Below are positions 26,400 to 39,109 of a DNA stretch of 64,000 nt, one piece after another. The DNA is from Cycas panzhihuaensis. Lineage: Eukaryota; Plantae; Cycadophyta. The notes beneath the pieces were generated by a model. It made no database searches. It was not told the DNA's origin and worked only from the letters and a program-made list of their open reading frames with translations. Location of the stretch: contig CM041465.1 in NCBI GenBank assembly GCA_023213395.1, positions 179,187,741 to 179,251,740 on the forward strand, written 5' to 3'. Each line of letters starts with the position of its first letter. Within the stretch, counting starts at the first letter, position 1. The translations under genes were made by a program, and so were the position numbers.

Positions 26400-29300
26400 T
26401 TATCACAACTTCAATAAGGACTTTACACAAAGTTAGACCAGTAAAATGGAATATTATTTTTCTTTAAATACTATATCAGTGGGGTAACAAATAACTTCTA
26501 TGTCAATCCATGTGGATGGAAAATAACATTACTGGTTCCATTGGTTACAATATAAGAACCTATCAAATCAAATATAGGACACATTTTGTAAGAAATTTTT
26601 TAAGCAATATGATAATATTGGAACCACTCTTTCTTTAGCTAACTTACTCAATTAAAATAAATGACATTAGTAGAACCTTACATATATGACTTTTAGGCTT
26701 TGCAAAATTAAGTTTCCCAACCACTCAATTATAAGATTCTCATTCACATCTATATATTAGGACTTAAAGAATATATTTAAATGCATCTAAAGCTCATAAC
26801 CTTATACACCATAAGAGATGTTATTTTGATAGTAAAACTAGTCAAGGCTAAGGTTGCAATAGAATGCTCATCTGCCTTCAAGCAAGATGCCCCTTGGTAC
26901 TAGTGTTCCCATCCTTCATATGAATAACATTAACATCCCCATTCTAATGAGGTGTATCACTTAATAGTAGATGCTCCTCCTAAACTAGTACATGTTCCAT
27001 TAATAGAAGTTGACATACGACTCAAGGCTAGCCTTTGCATCAAGTGCTTGAAAAAATAGGTTCTAAGTCATATAAGCATATGCAAACTAAGATGCATGAT
27101 TTTAACTATTAACCTTGCCATTGAAGAAGATTTTTATACTAAAGAATAACTTGAAACTAATGATGAGTTGCCTAAGTATACTCCCCTCTTAACCCCCAAA
27201 TTGAAGTCTATTTATTAGATGTTTCTTCCACATCTAATCTAGAACCACTTAATGTGAAAGGTACCCTCCATAAAACACCCATACCAATATCAATCGACAA
27301 TAACATATGATTGAATTCATTGGTATATCCTTAGCTTACCAATTAAATCTTTATATCATAATGAAGACTATACTTACTTGCTCCTTACCAGGTCATCAAA
27401 CTTTATATTATGTAGGAACTATAAAAAACATATATGTTCATATTAGTACCTATTGTTTAACCTTTGATTTTTATGCCTTGTCTATATGAGCATCTAATGT
27501 TATTCTAGTGGTCTAATGACTTCAAATCCTTAATACATACAACATGAGTAACTCACCTAATATTTTGTTTATATTATTTAAGGATCATATGGGCCAAACA
27601 TATAAATTATATGTCATTCAATCACCCTCCCAATAGACTTGTCTCTCTAAATCAAATGCACAAGTATTCGAATAATAATGTTAGTTATATCATTTGTATT
27701 AATAATATTCAAGCCTCCACTAATACCCATCCTAATATTTAAAACCTTATAAATAAATACCAATCTATATTCCCCCTCCCCCCCCCCTTCTAATCACTCC
27801 TCCACTAAACTATAATTTTCATCATTCAATTAAACTTAAAACACCCCATGATACCATTAGCCTTCATCCTTATTGATATTTCTACTTTAAAAGAAATGAA
27901 ATTAGAAAAATCACTAATGAACTAATCAACATGGGCATTATATAGCCTAGTAAAATCTAATATGTTGTACCAATTACCCTATTGTAGAAAAAAGATGGCT
28001 CTCTCCAAGTTTGCATCAGCTACCGTAAACATGGCAAAATCACAATTAAAAGTAAAATTTCAACACCTTGAATCAATGACATGCTTGATAAAATCCATGG
28101 GGCCACTATTTTTTTTAAATTATACCTTTAATTTGGTTTGTATTATATCCTAATTACCCCAAAAGACCATCATAATAATTCTTTTTAAATACATCACGGG
28201 CATTTCAAATTTTAAGTCATGCATTTTAGTGTATTTTATGTCCCCACTACCTTCTAAACATTAATGAATAAAATTCTTACCCTATATCTTTATAAATTTA
28301 TCATTGTCTTTTTTGACAACATTCTTATTTATAGTCTAAACTTGTATAACTACCTTCAACATTTAGAAGGTATCCTTTAGATTGTCATGCAGTGCAACCT
28401 TTATACTAACCTATCTAAATGCTAATTCGGTAAGTCAAAACTATAATATCTAGGATATATCATATTATCAAAAGGTGTTTGGGTTGATCTAGATAAAATC
28501 TCTATCATTATTATATGTCCCACACCTAGAAATCTCATATAGTTAAGGGCTTTTCTAGGACTTAGTATTTTACCATAGGTTTATTTAAATTATGGCTTAT
28601 TTAACAAATTTACTTCAGAAAGACACATTCTAATAATCTCAACAAATAGATGATGATTTCAATAATCTAAATCCCATCATGACGTCCATCCTAGTCTTGG
28701 CCACCCCCAACTTCTCTTAACCATACTAGTTAGAATATGGCATTTTAGGATTTAGTATAGGTGTTGTCCTTGTGTAGAACCTTCATCTAATAGTATTTAA
28801 GAGTCATAAATTAAAGACCATAAATATCACTTGTCAACTTATCAAAAGGAGATGAAAGATATTATGCATTCTATAGATAAATAATACCATTATCTTTTAG
28901 TTTTTAAGTTCATCATTTTAATAGATCACTATAGTCTCTTTCACTTTTATGATCAACTGATTCTATTAAAAGAACAAGAAGTGCTTAGTTTCACTATCTC
29001 ATATTAAAAAGGAAAGGAAAATATAGTCATTGATGCACTCTTCCACCTCCCCATTGATCCTTCTAGTCATGAACCTACTATTTATGTAATCTCTAAGATG
29101 TAATTATTATGTTTAACAAATATAGTAATGAAAATCAAGCTCAAATGGATTTTGACCAATGGGCCTCCAAAGTGCATAGTCATAAAGATTAGTCTTTATA
29201 CAATACTCACCTCTTGTAGTGAAACCATATTTTTATTTACTCAATATCATCTTTCATGCCAAGTATTTTATTTGAATACCACTCCACTCCTCTTAGTGGC

Positions 29301-30520
29301 CACTTAGGCTTTGATAAAACTTATCATCATATTCAATCTAATTTTTACTAACCCCATATGAAATCCTCCACTCTTATATTTATTTTAGAATATGATACCT
29401 GCTTAAGAAATAAAGATGATACAAAATCTCAACTAATTCTTATTTAGCTTTTGCATATCCCTTAAGATAAATAGCAAGATATTGTTATGGATTTCATCAT
29501 GGGTTTACCATTATCTGCTAGTTTTGATTTGATTTTAGTAGTCATCAACAAACTCACTAAGTATGAACATTTTTTACCTATTCATATTTCTTACAAAACA
29601 TCTTGCCTTGTTGATATCTATATTTAGTCTATTTTTTACCTCTATGGATTTCCATCAATAATAGTCTGTGATCAAGATCCTGAATTTACTAACACATTTT
29701 AGCAAGAACTATTCTGCACTTATAAGACTTTATTCAATGTGAATTTAACTTATCATCTATAAACTGATGGGTAATATGAAGTTTCAAATAAAACACTAGA
29801 GACGTACTTATGATGCTTTATTTTTAAACACCAACATAAATAGACATCATGGTTAGCCCTTGCAAAATATTGGTATCATTTATCCCATCACCCAACTATT
29901 ACCATATCCCTATTTATAGCCCTTTATAGATATCCACCCCCATCTTATCATACTCTTACAACTTTCTAACTACTACAGTTCAATAAAAACTTTAGGATAT
30001 GGATCAAATTCTTCATACAATTAAACAAAACCTAGAAATAGTCTAAAATCATATGAAATAACTTGTTGATTGCCACCATCATTCTAATCAATCGTTTTCT
30101 ATCGGTGATTTAGTCTTGCTTCACCTCCAATCATATAAATAATGGTCCCTAAAATATCATAAAATCCAAAAGCTTAGTCCATGATATTATGGCATATATA
30201 AAATACTTCAAAGGATTCGTAAAGTTACCTATACACTTGAACCTCTACCTAACACAAAAATACATAATATATTTCATGTTTCTTACCTTAAGAAGCACAT
30301 TGGTAAAGACATTATCCCTTAGTATATACTACTAATTCTCAATGAAGAGCAACATCTCACTATTCTTCCTAACTATATTTTAGATAATTGATAATGTTAC
30401 CTTCAAAATAATACCATTTTGTGTAATTGGTGTAATGGGTTAGTTGTGAACCTGAGGAAGTAACGTGGGATTTAATCAATTATGTTAAGAAATACCATCA
30501 TCTTATTAGCTTTGAAGACT
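26400..30520 (+). pseudogene. Gypsy gag-pol pseudogene (PR-RT-RH-IN-chromodomain)
   Basis: Protease PLNVKGTL ~27245; RT FIIVFFDNILIYS ~28296; integrase GHLGFDKTY, DIVMDFIMGLP, IVCDQDPEFT, and GPY/F-like YYGIYKI...IHNIFHVSYLKK; chromodomain-like LV*WVSCEPEEVTW ~30427. Boundaries approximate. Confidence 0.85.
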
Positions 30521-30964
30521 CAATATCTCAAGGGAGGGTACCTGTTACATGATTGACTATTATTAAGTAAAATTAATTAGCTAGAACATATGATAAGAAA
30601 CTTTAATTGGCAGTGTTAATAATTAACCTTTATGTGTGGGCCACATATCTCTTCCAATAAGATTAGAGATTAGAGATCATTTATTCAACCAATATTGTTT
30701 TAATGTGAGAGGCCCCTCATATCTATTTCAAGTTGACCTTTTATAAAGTGAGGATATTATGTATTTTTATTTCTTAAGAGATTATACCTTGGTAATCTTT
30801 TAGTTTTTTTAATGATCTTTGGTGCTCTTAAGTAAACTTCATTATGTAATTGATTTTCTATTCTACAAATAAAGAATTACATTTACTACTTCAGAGTTAA
30901 TATTTGTGCCTTGAGCTTGAGTTATTCATATATGTGAAAGAACCATTAAAATAATCACATTTTA

Positions 30965-33900
30965 GTTTCCCTTCAGTTTCAAGTAATTGAGTATTTTTTA
31001 TGGTTTTAACATACTATTTAGAAAGTTTCTTAGTAGGTGGAGTAATCTTGAGCTATACTTTAAGTTGTTATTTTTAGTATTTTAATACTCCTCCACTACT
31101 TTTGATTCTTACTTAGTATTTGTCTCAACATGCTACTATCTTAAAGTGTTATACTCAGGCTATTCGTTAGGCTATTCCTTGATTTGCTTCTTTTTATCTT
31201 GCTATATCTTAAAAGTATTTGAGTCAGTAACCTACTTATCAAGTTCTTCAAAGATGACATCCTAATCTCAAGTTGTATATGCCTTTCTACTCACTAACTC
31301 AAATATCCAATGCACTTTACTTTCTTTATTGTAACTGATGAGGATACACTTAAAACGTTTATTATTATTATTTTGATATTTCTCTTTTAGAACACACACA
31401 CACACACACACACATACACAAAATGCTCCTAATGATTTTAAGATGGCTCACTATAGATTTTCTCCTTGGCTAGGCTTCTTTTAGTGTCATACTTCATCAA
31501 AATCTTATTGGTGAAATATGTTATCATCTAAATAGCTTTAACCTAAAAGGACTCTCAAAGATTCCTTACTTTCATCATTAACTTGACCTTTTTTACTAAA
31601 GTACCCTTCATGTTTAATATATAATATATAAGTTACTACACACACACACACACATAATATGATTTATAATGGTCTATAATTGATCTATAACTATATTAAC
31701 ACTTGCCATCACATTAAATAATGACCCTATGAGTCACTAAATATTTTTCTAACTCGTCACTACTATTGGGACCCTTGATATAAATATTAGTTCTAACACT
31801 CATTTTTAATATTGAAATCATTGGATTTAATGCTAATATACAATTTGGATTTATCAAACTTGTCCCTAATTAATAGCTTGGTGAAGATATTTATCAATTA
31901 TTCTTTAGTAGGCTTGTATAAGAGCTCAATCTCTCCATTTTGGATCTACTTCAAGGTGAAATAGTTATGCACCTTAATGTGTTTGGTGGGAGCATGGAAT
32001 ATCATACTTTTAATAATCTTGAATAGACTATCATTATCATAATACAAAGTAGTTTCCCCTTCCTAATGAAGTCCTAAATCACCAAGGACCTATCTCAATG
32101 AGATGGATTCATAAGTTATTATAACTATAATTTTATTCTGTACCTTAATAGATGATAATGATACATTCAATTACTTCTTATTATTCTAAGTTATAATAAT
32201 ATAAATTAAACTAAAGTAATATTCTAACATAAACCTTATACTATTAACACATCTAGCTTAATTAGAATCTACATACTCTTCTCACTTAAAATTATCATTT
32301 TAGCTAAACTATAATCCATAGCTTAATACTCTTTACAAATATCTAAGGATCTTCTATATATGTTTTCAATGGATTTACTTCATCTTTGCCATAAACCTTA
32401 GTACCATACCTTATATAAAGGATATATTAAGCCTATTTGTTGTCAAATAAATAAAGCCAGTAATTAGCTACCTACATATAGTACCATTTATCTAATCTTA
32501 ATTATCTAGATCTATTAATTTTGAATGTCTCCATGGGAACCAAGGAAGGTTTATAATCCTAAATTTTAAATTTCTTAAAAATTTTTCATACATACTTAGC
32601 ATATAAAATGATTATTTTTCTAAGTTTTTTTCCAAGCTTTCACTTATAAAAAGTAGTGGATTAGTCCAAGATCTATCATCTCAAATGTTCTCTTAAGATC
32701 ATCCTTTATGTTTTCAACCTTTGAGGTATCCTTACCTATGATCACAAGATCATCTATATATAAAACCATAAAGAAGATTGAATATTCACCTTTAACTTTA
32801 ATATATAGGTTTGGATTAACTAGTGACCTTTCAAACTTGTTATTTAGAAAATATTGATCAATCTTTGAATACTAAGATCTTAGAGCCTATTGTAAGCTAT
32901 ACAAATCTTTCTTCAAGTGACGCATAAGCTATTCTCTATATTTTAATATATATCTAGGTGGCTACTTCATATAAACCTCCTCCTTAAGATCTATATTTAA
33001 GATGGCACTCTTGATATTAATCTAGTATAACAACCATTTAAGCTAATTAATTATTACCATCATCAATCTAATCATCACTATCTTTACTACTAAACTGAAT
33101 ATCTCCTCATAATTAATACCTTTGATATACTTGAAACCCTTTATTATAAGTCTAGCTTTATATTTATCAACTCAACTACCAGATTTAAATTTGATCTTGT
33201 AAAGCTATTTACATCTAATCACTTATTTACTTACATGTAAATCAACTAAGTCATAAGTTTTGTTTTTCTCCGTAACATAAATTTTAGTATCCATAATTAT
33301 TCTTTATTTCTTCTCCCAGTATTCCTTTTTAAAACTTAAAATCTTATTAACATTAAGCATATCTATCATTAAAGTAAATTTGACCATCTTGGGTTCCATC
33401 CTTGACTTGTGTTTCCCTTCAATCTTAGGTAATTAAGTTTCTTATATGGTTTTGAAATACTATTTGGAAAGTTTTTTGGTAGATTGATCAACCTTAGTTT
33501 ATACTTTAAGTTGTTATTCCTAAGCATCTTAATACTTCTCCTCCTCTTTTTTTATTTAACTTTTGGTTCCTACTTAGTATTTAGCTCAATAAATTATTAT
33601 CTCAAAGTACTATACTCAAGATATTCCTCAATCAACTTTGTTTTATCATGTTATATCTTCAAAGTATCTAAGTTAGTAACCTACTTGTCAAGTTCTTCAA
33701 AGATAATATCCCAATCTTGAGTTGTATATACCTTGCTTATCACTAACTCAAATACCTAAGATACTTTACTTTCTTTATTGTACCTGATAAGGATACACTT
33801 AGAACTTTTATTATTAATTTTTTGATATTTCTTATTTAGAATGTGTGTGTGTGTGTGTGTGTATTATTCTCAATGATTCTAAGATAGCTCACTATAGGCT

Positions 33901-35273
33901 TTCTCCTTGATTAGGCTTCTTTTGGTGTCATATTTCAAATACACTTTATCAAATTCCTATTGGTCAGATATATCATTGTATAAATAGCTTTAGCTTAGAA
34001 GGAATCTAAGACATTCTGTACTTTCATCACTGGATTAACCTTTTTGAATAAAGTCATATTCATGATTGATATATTAAGTACAAGCTACTATATATAGATA
34101 GATAGGATTGATAATGGTCTATAATTGATTTATAAATGCCTTTACACTTGCCATCATATTAAATGATGACCCTATGAGTCACCAAATATTCATATGACTT
34201 ATCACCATTGCTAGCATCCTTAATATAAATATTAATTTTAACATCCCCCTTTCATGTTTAGATCATTGGCTTTAATGCCAATACACAATTTTGATTTGTC
34301 AAATTTATCCTTATCTAATAGTTTGGTGAAGATATTTGTTAGTTACTATTTAGTAAGCTTATACATGATCTCAATTTCTCTATTTTAGATCTAGACCTAG
34401 ATGAAATAGTGATGCACGTTGATGTGTTTAGTGGAAGCATTGAACATTAGACTCTTAGTAATATTTAATAGACTTTAATTATCATAATACAAAGTAGTTG
34501 CCTCATCCTAGTGAATTCCCAAATCATAAAGGACCTATCTCAACAAAGTGGTCTTATAAGTTGCCACAACTATAACATTATATTATATCTTAATAGATGA
34601 TTATGTAATATTCAACTATATTTTATTATTCTAACTGGTAATAATAGAACCCAAACTAACATAATATTCTAAATTAAACCTTCTACTACCAACACATCTA
34701 GCCCAATCAAAATATGAATACCTTTTTTGCCTAAAATTATCATTCTAGCTAAACCCTAATCCATGGTTTAGCATTTCCCAGAAATATCTAAGGATCTTCT
34801 TTGTATGTTTCCAATGGGTTTGCACTAACTTTGTTATGAACCTTAGCACCATATCAAGTGAAAAGAATATATAAGCATATTTTTAGTTGAATAAATCAAG
34901 CTAACAACTAGCTACCTTTATATAGTGTCATCTATCTAATCTTTATCATTTAGGTCTGCTAATTTTGAATCTGTGTCCATGGGGATTAGGGTAGGTTTAT
35001 AGTCCTCCATTCTAAATTTCTTTAAAATTTTTCATGCATATTTAGCCTATAACATAATTATTTTTCTAGGCTTTTGCCAAACTTCCACTCCTAAAAGGTA
35101 GTGGAGTAGTCAAAGATCTATCATCTCAAATGTTCTTTTAAGATCATCCGTTTAAGTTTTTCACTTTTCAAGTATTATGATCTCCTAATGTCATATATTT
35201 ATAAAACCATAAAGATGATCGAGTATTTACCTTCAACTTCTATATATAGGTTTACATCAATTGGTGACCATTC
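30965..35273 (-). mobile_element. Element C tandem copies: end of copy 1, copy 2 (~31611-34060) and start of copy 3, each IN C-terminus-RT-RH-PPT-partial U3
   Basis: LTR-start/PPT junctions at 31798 and 34243 repeat that at 17797; period ~2.44 kb; RT/RH segments colinear. Confidence 0.85.
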
Positions 35274-35609
35274 TGTTGGGAATAATCCCAATGTTTGTGC
35301 ATTAGAGCGCTTAGGGCCCCTCAAAGCCACCTTTGAGGGCCCCTAGGGCACCTTGAGCCGTTCAATAGCCGCCCGGACCGACCAGTCATGTGAGGTACGT
35401 ATCACCGCTATTTATTTTTTATATTTTTTCAAACTAACCTTATTTGTTGTGCAGCTAGGGTGATGGCCCCCGACGCCTCCCCGAATTCTCTATATAAGGG
35501 TTGGGAATACCTCCATGGTGTTTAATAACACCACCACTCTTTCAGAAATTGCCGTTGTACTCAAGATGAAAGTGTCGTGATGTCCTGCTCTGCTCCTCCG
35601 GCTCCATCA
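35274..35609 (+). repeat. 5' LTR of element G
   Basis: TGTTGGG...CATCA; TATA box ctatataag ~35490; hairpin ccctcaaag-ccac-ctttgaggg. Confidence 0.95.
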
Positions 35610-36242
35610 TTTGGTATCAGAGCTACGTTGTCTATTTTTTGGTTTTGGTTGCTCAAACGTCCGACGGAACATAGTTATATGACTGCTCGTTGAGATTCTA
35701 GCGAGCTCACCGATCTACTAGAGAAGACGGATCTGGATTCCATCCACTGTGGAGGAAGCTCTCCCGCTCGGAAGTTTGCTCTCCATACGGAAACCAGGTT
35801 CTTCGTTTCCGTTTTTATATTTTTCAACATATAAATAAAAGAAATTTTTTTTGATATATGCTTTAGCTTGATAGATCTGTAGTTTGTGATCCTCTGTGTT
35901 AGCCTAGCATCCCTCAGTTTTCTCATAACCATCCCGCAATCAAAGTGTATCTGCATATTAGCCCTCTCTCTATTTACTACATACTCGCTGCCATTATTTA
36001 ATCTTGGCGTTCAGGCTCTCGTTTTGCGATTCAGGCTCTCGTTTCTTCTCATCTTTGTGTCTCCTTTATGCTTTCCGCCCTTACCTAAGATCGCATATCC
36101 AGCGTATCGCCTTGGGAAAGCATACTCTCCGTGCTAAGCCTCTGTCAGTTATCTGCGTTTGTAAACACCTGCTCTCTACCATTATCTCCGTCCGTAAAAC
36201 GTTCTGTTTGCCTCCTTATTGCGTCGCCGCTATCGGCGCCTG

Positions 36243-36437
36243 TCTGTTTCTGCGTCTCTCTAAGATCTCCGTTTGGATTCCAATCAGCGTATGATTTGAT
36301 CTTCGTCTTGATATTGTTTCTGTTCTGCATCTCTCTAAGATCTCCGTTTGGATTCCAATCGGCGTATGATTTGATCTCCGTCTTGATATTCTTTCTGTTC
36401 TGCGTCTCTCTAAGATTCTGTTTGAATTCCAATCGGC
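36243..36437. repeat. 75-bp tandem repeat (~2.6 copies) in the leader of G
   Basis: tgc(g/a)tctctctaagat recurs at 36251, 36326 and 36401. Confidence 0.92.
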
Positions 36438-36456
36438 CCAATCGGCACGCTGCATT

Positions 36457-36740
36457 TTATCTTATCATCCTTGATACAAGCTGAGCTCCTGTTTATTGTT
36501 TTCAGCCTTTCTGTTTTCCGTGTAGGTCATATTGACCATTGCTGCATTCATTACGATCCCTCTTATTGTTACGGTTTGCGTTTATTTAGCGCTGTGTCTT
36601 ATCTTATCGTCCTTGATATTGTCAAGCAAGCAAGCTGAGCTCCCGTTTATTGTTTTCAGCCTTTCTGTTTTCCGTGTAGGTCATATTGACCATTGCTGCA
36701 TTCATTACGATCCCTCTTATTGTTACGGTTTGCGTTTATT
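36457..36740. repeat. ~153-bp tandem duplication in the leader of G
   Basis: caagctgagctcc...ggtttgcgtttattt at 36477 and 36630, nearly identical. Confidence 0.92.
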
Positions 36741-38509
36741 TATATATTGCAGCTTATATATTGCGCACTTATATTGTATTCCATTTTTTGCATTCGCTCT
36801 TTATCGGCTTTGTATTATTTTGGTTTTATAGAAGTTTGAAAAATAAATTTGTTATATTTTTTTAAAAATCCGGTCTTAAAGGTATTAAGTTCTGTTTTTA
36901 ACTCGACGAGCGAGTTCACCCTCTTGGCATCGGAGGTTTCCGTTATCTGACTGGTCTTGGGTTCAATCCCAGCTCAGTCCCTCTTCAGACCCGATTTTAA
37001 AGAAGTTTATCAATTTTAAACCTTATTTTTTTTAAATTTTATTTTTCCATAGTGTTATTGGCGTTTTTTTGGCCATAACTTTTCTTTGGCTCATCGGTTT
37101 CAGACGAAACCTATGCCAATAGATCACAAATTTTTCGTAGATTGATTTCGACTAGTCATAAGACAAATTTGGTGCCCATTTGATCTCGTTTCGACCTTTT
37201 TAACATTGGACTTTCGAAATTTCAGCATTTTTTGCATTTTTAACAAAATCGGTTTTAGAACTGGCTGTCATTTACTTTTGGTAAACTGTTTTGTATCTGA
37301 ATTTTTTCTATAGTGATCTACGTCATATAGACTCTAATACCCATCTTTTACTTTAATTTTTTGACTTCATTTTTACTAATATTTTAATCGCTAAAATAAG
37401 AAAATTAGTTGTTTTTGCCTGTTTCTTGAACATTCTCCATAAAGACACTTGTCACATTTTTCACTATAACTTTTATAATTTTTATCAGATTTCATTTCCG
37501 TCAGCTTTGTTGGGAAGCTGACTCATTTCTCTTCACTGTGATATATTTTTTCATATATTTTGACATATTTTGCTTATATTTCAAATCAGCTAAAGTTGAG
37601 GTATTTTATTGGCCTAAATCTGTTGTTTCTTACACTTGTTTAATATATTCTTTCAACATTTTTAATTGGCAGAATATTAATTACTTCATCAATAATATTT
37701 AATCATTTTTTAAACTTTTCTAAGGATTAATTAGTATTTTTATGCAATTTTTGCCTACCCTGCTCCTGTTAGGCTCCATAAGGAGGTCCTTTCCTTTGCC
37801 TCATTCAAAACGTGATTTATTGGTATCCATTTTCAAAACCATCTATTTTATTGGATTCACATTTCAGCAATCTACATATTGATAAAATTTTAAGCTATTC
37901 TGACCTCATTCAATATAGTTTTCAATCTGTTAAAGTTGAGTATATATATTCATCCTAACAAGCTTGTCTTCTTTCAAAATTGTAAAGAAAACTCTAGTTC
38001 ATATTTCCTTGTTTACTCAAGTTTCTGCTTGATCTTTCTACAATCACTTTACATTATTTTTGAACTAGCATTTGTTTATAAGGCAATACATAAAAGTTGT
38101 TCTTAAAAGAAGTTTTTTTTTACATTGAAGATTTATTATTCATTTAAGAAATTGGCATCTGTTTGAAAACTATCTATTCTCAAAAGTTTATTTTTAAATC
38201 TTGCATAAGTGAAAAGTTTTGAGCATCATTACTTCCTGTTTGATTGTTTTACTTTAAAAGTGTATCAAAGTTCTTCTTCATTATTGGAAAATATCATCCT
38301 TCTTGCACTTATAAAAGGAAAATTGCATTTCTTTTCAAAGGCATCTTATATTTGTTTGAAGGACATTATATTTTTTTTGAAAAAAAGCAAAAAGAGTCTT
38401 TGTAAAAGTTTTCATTTCATCTTGCTTAGAAGCATTTTATTTTTTCAAAGGAATTTATCTTTTTCTAAGCAAGACCACATTGCTAAATAGATTAGTTTTC
38501 ACATTAAAT

Positions 38510-38976
38510 AAGATAATCCCGAATTGAACCACACTTTTTACCAGCCTTGCAAGGGGAACGGTTAGGACCCCTGAAGTTACCACCCCGCACACGCTAATCG
38601 GCCTACTCATATTGGATGAGGACAGCCATTAGCTATCAGGTGTATACGGTGGCAGGCTGAGGTGCAGAACCTTTTCTTTTTATGGTGTTTGGAGACCAAG
38701 GCTAGACCTGGAGAGGGTGAGTGCCTTTGGTTCAAGAACCTTCACCGCTAGATCTGTCGTTAGGCATAAATCCGGCGCAGGTGGACCAACAATTCAGGGG
38801 GGTGTCAAAACCTTCTTAGCAGCCCACGTACTGAGGTATATAGAGCCTAGCGCTCAGTACCGGTATAACGGGTCCCTGTTTTGCCATCGTAAGCGGGCGC
38901 CATTGATGAATAACAGCAGAAGGTTTCCCAGGAGAAACATAAACTTAGAGCCTAGTAGCCTTTCAGGTCCTAGTTC
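38510..38976 (+). ncRNA. Candidate conserved structured RNA (IRES/packaging/ribozyme-like; function unknown) upstream of gag in element G
   Basis: GC-rich island in an AT-rich leader with many nested complementary segments; homologous to 6785-7250 with compensatory differences. Confidence 0.65.
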
Positions 38977-39109
38977 ATTTGTTCAAACTTTTGAAAACCT
39001 TGGGATATATATTTGGAAATAAGTTCTTTCATTTAAGTTCTTTCAATTTTTTACATTCAAATATATTTTGCTATTGCATTTATCATATTTTATACAACTT
39101 TAATTTAAA

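Larger units (their letters stand above)
19411..30964 (+). mobile_element. Element D: degenerate Ty3/Gypsy chromovirus-type LTR retrotransposon
   Basis: LTRs 19411-19828 and 30543-30964, PBS tggtatcagagt 19831-19842, PPT agggaggg ~30531, TSD gtttt/gtttc. Interrupts Copia C exactly. Confidence 0.9.

Noticed and set aside
36243-36437. CRISPR-like repeat array
   Set aside because: Contiguous tandem units with no unique spacers; eukaryotic context
35675-36831. Cluster of 80-117 aa ORFs on both strands
   Set aside because: By-products of tandem repeats and strand-skewed composition; no domains
36949-36979. tRNA gene
   Set aside because: Only a T-arm/acceptor-like hairpin; no D or anticodon arm, and the T-loop is 6 nt
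38545-38876. Group I intron P/Q/R/S-like strings (ttgcaaggggaac, aatccggcgcag, ggagacca, ggtata..gggtcc) and a dicistrovirus-like gcagcccac
   Set aside because: Order and spacing do not fit a group I core, and the cagcc string is not conserved in copy A; no family assignment made
38717-39022. 101-aa ORF overlapping the pre-gag GC island
   Set aside because: GTG start, no recognisable domain, and the frame is not kept in the homologue at 6785-7250; better explained by GC richness
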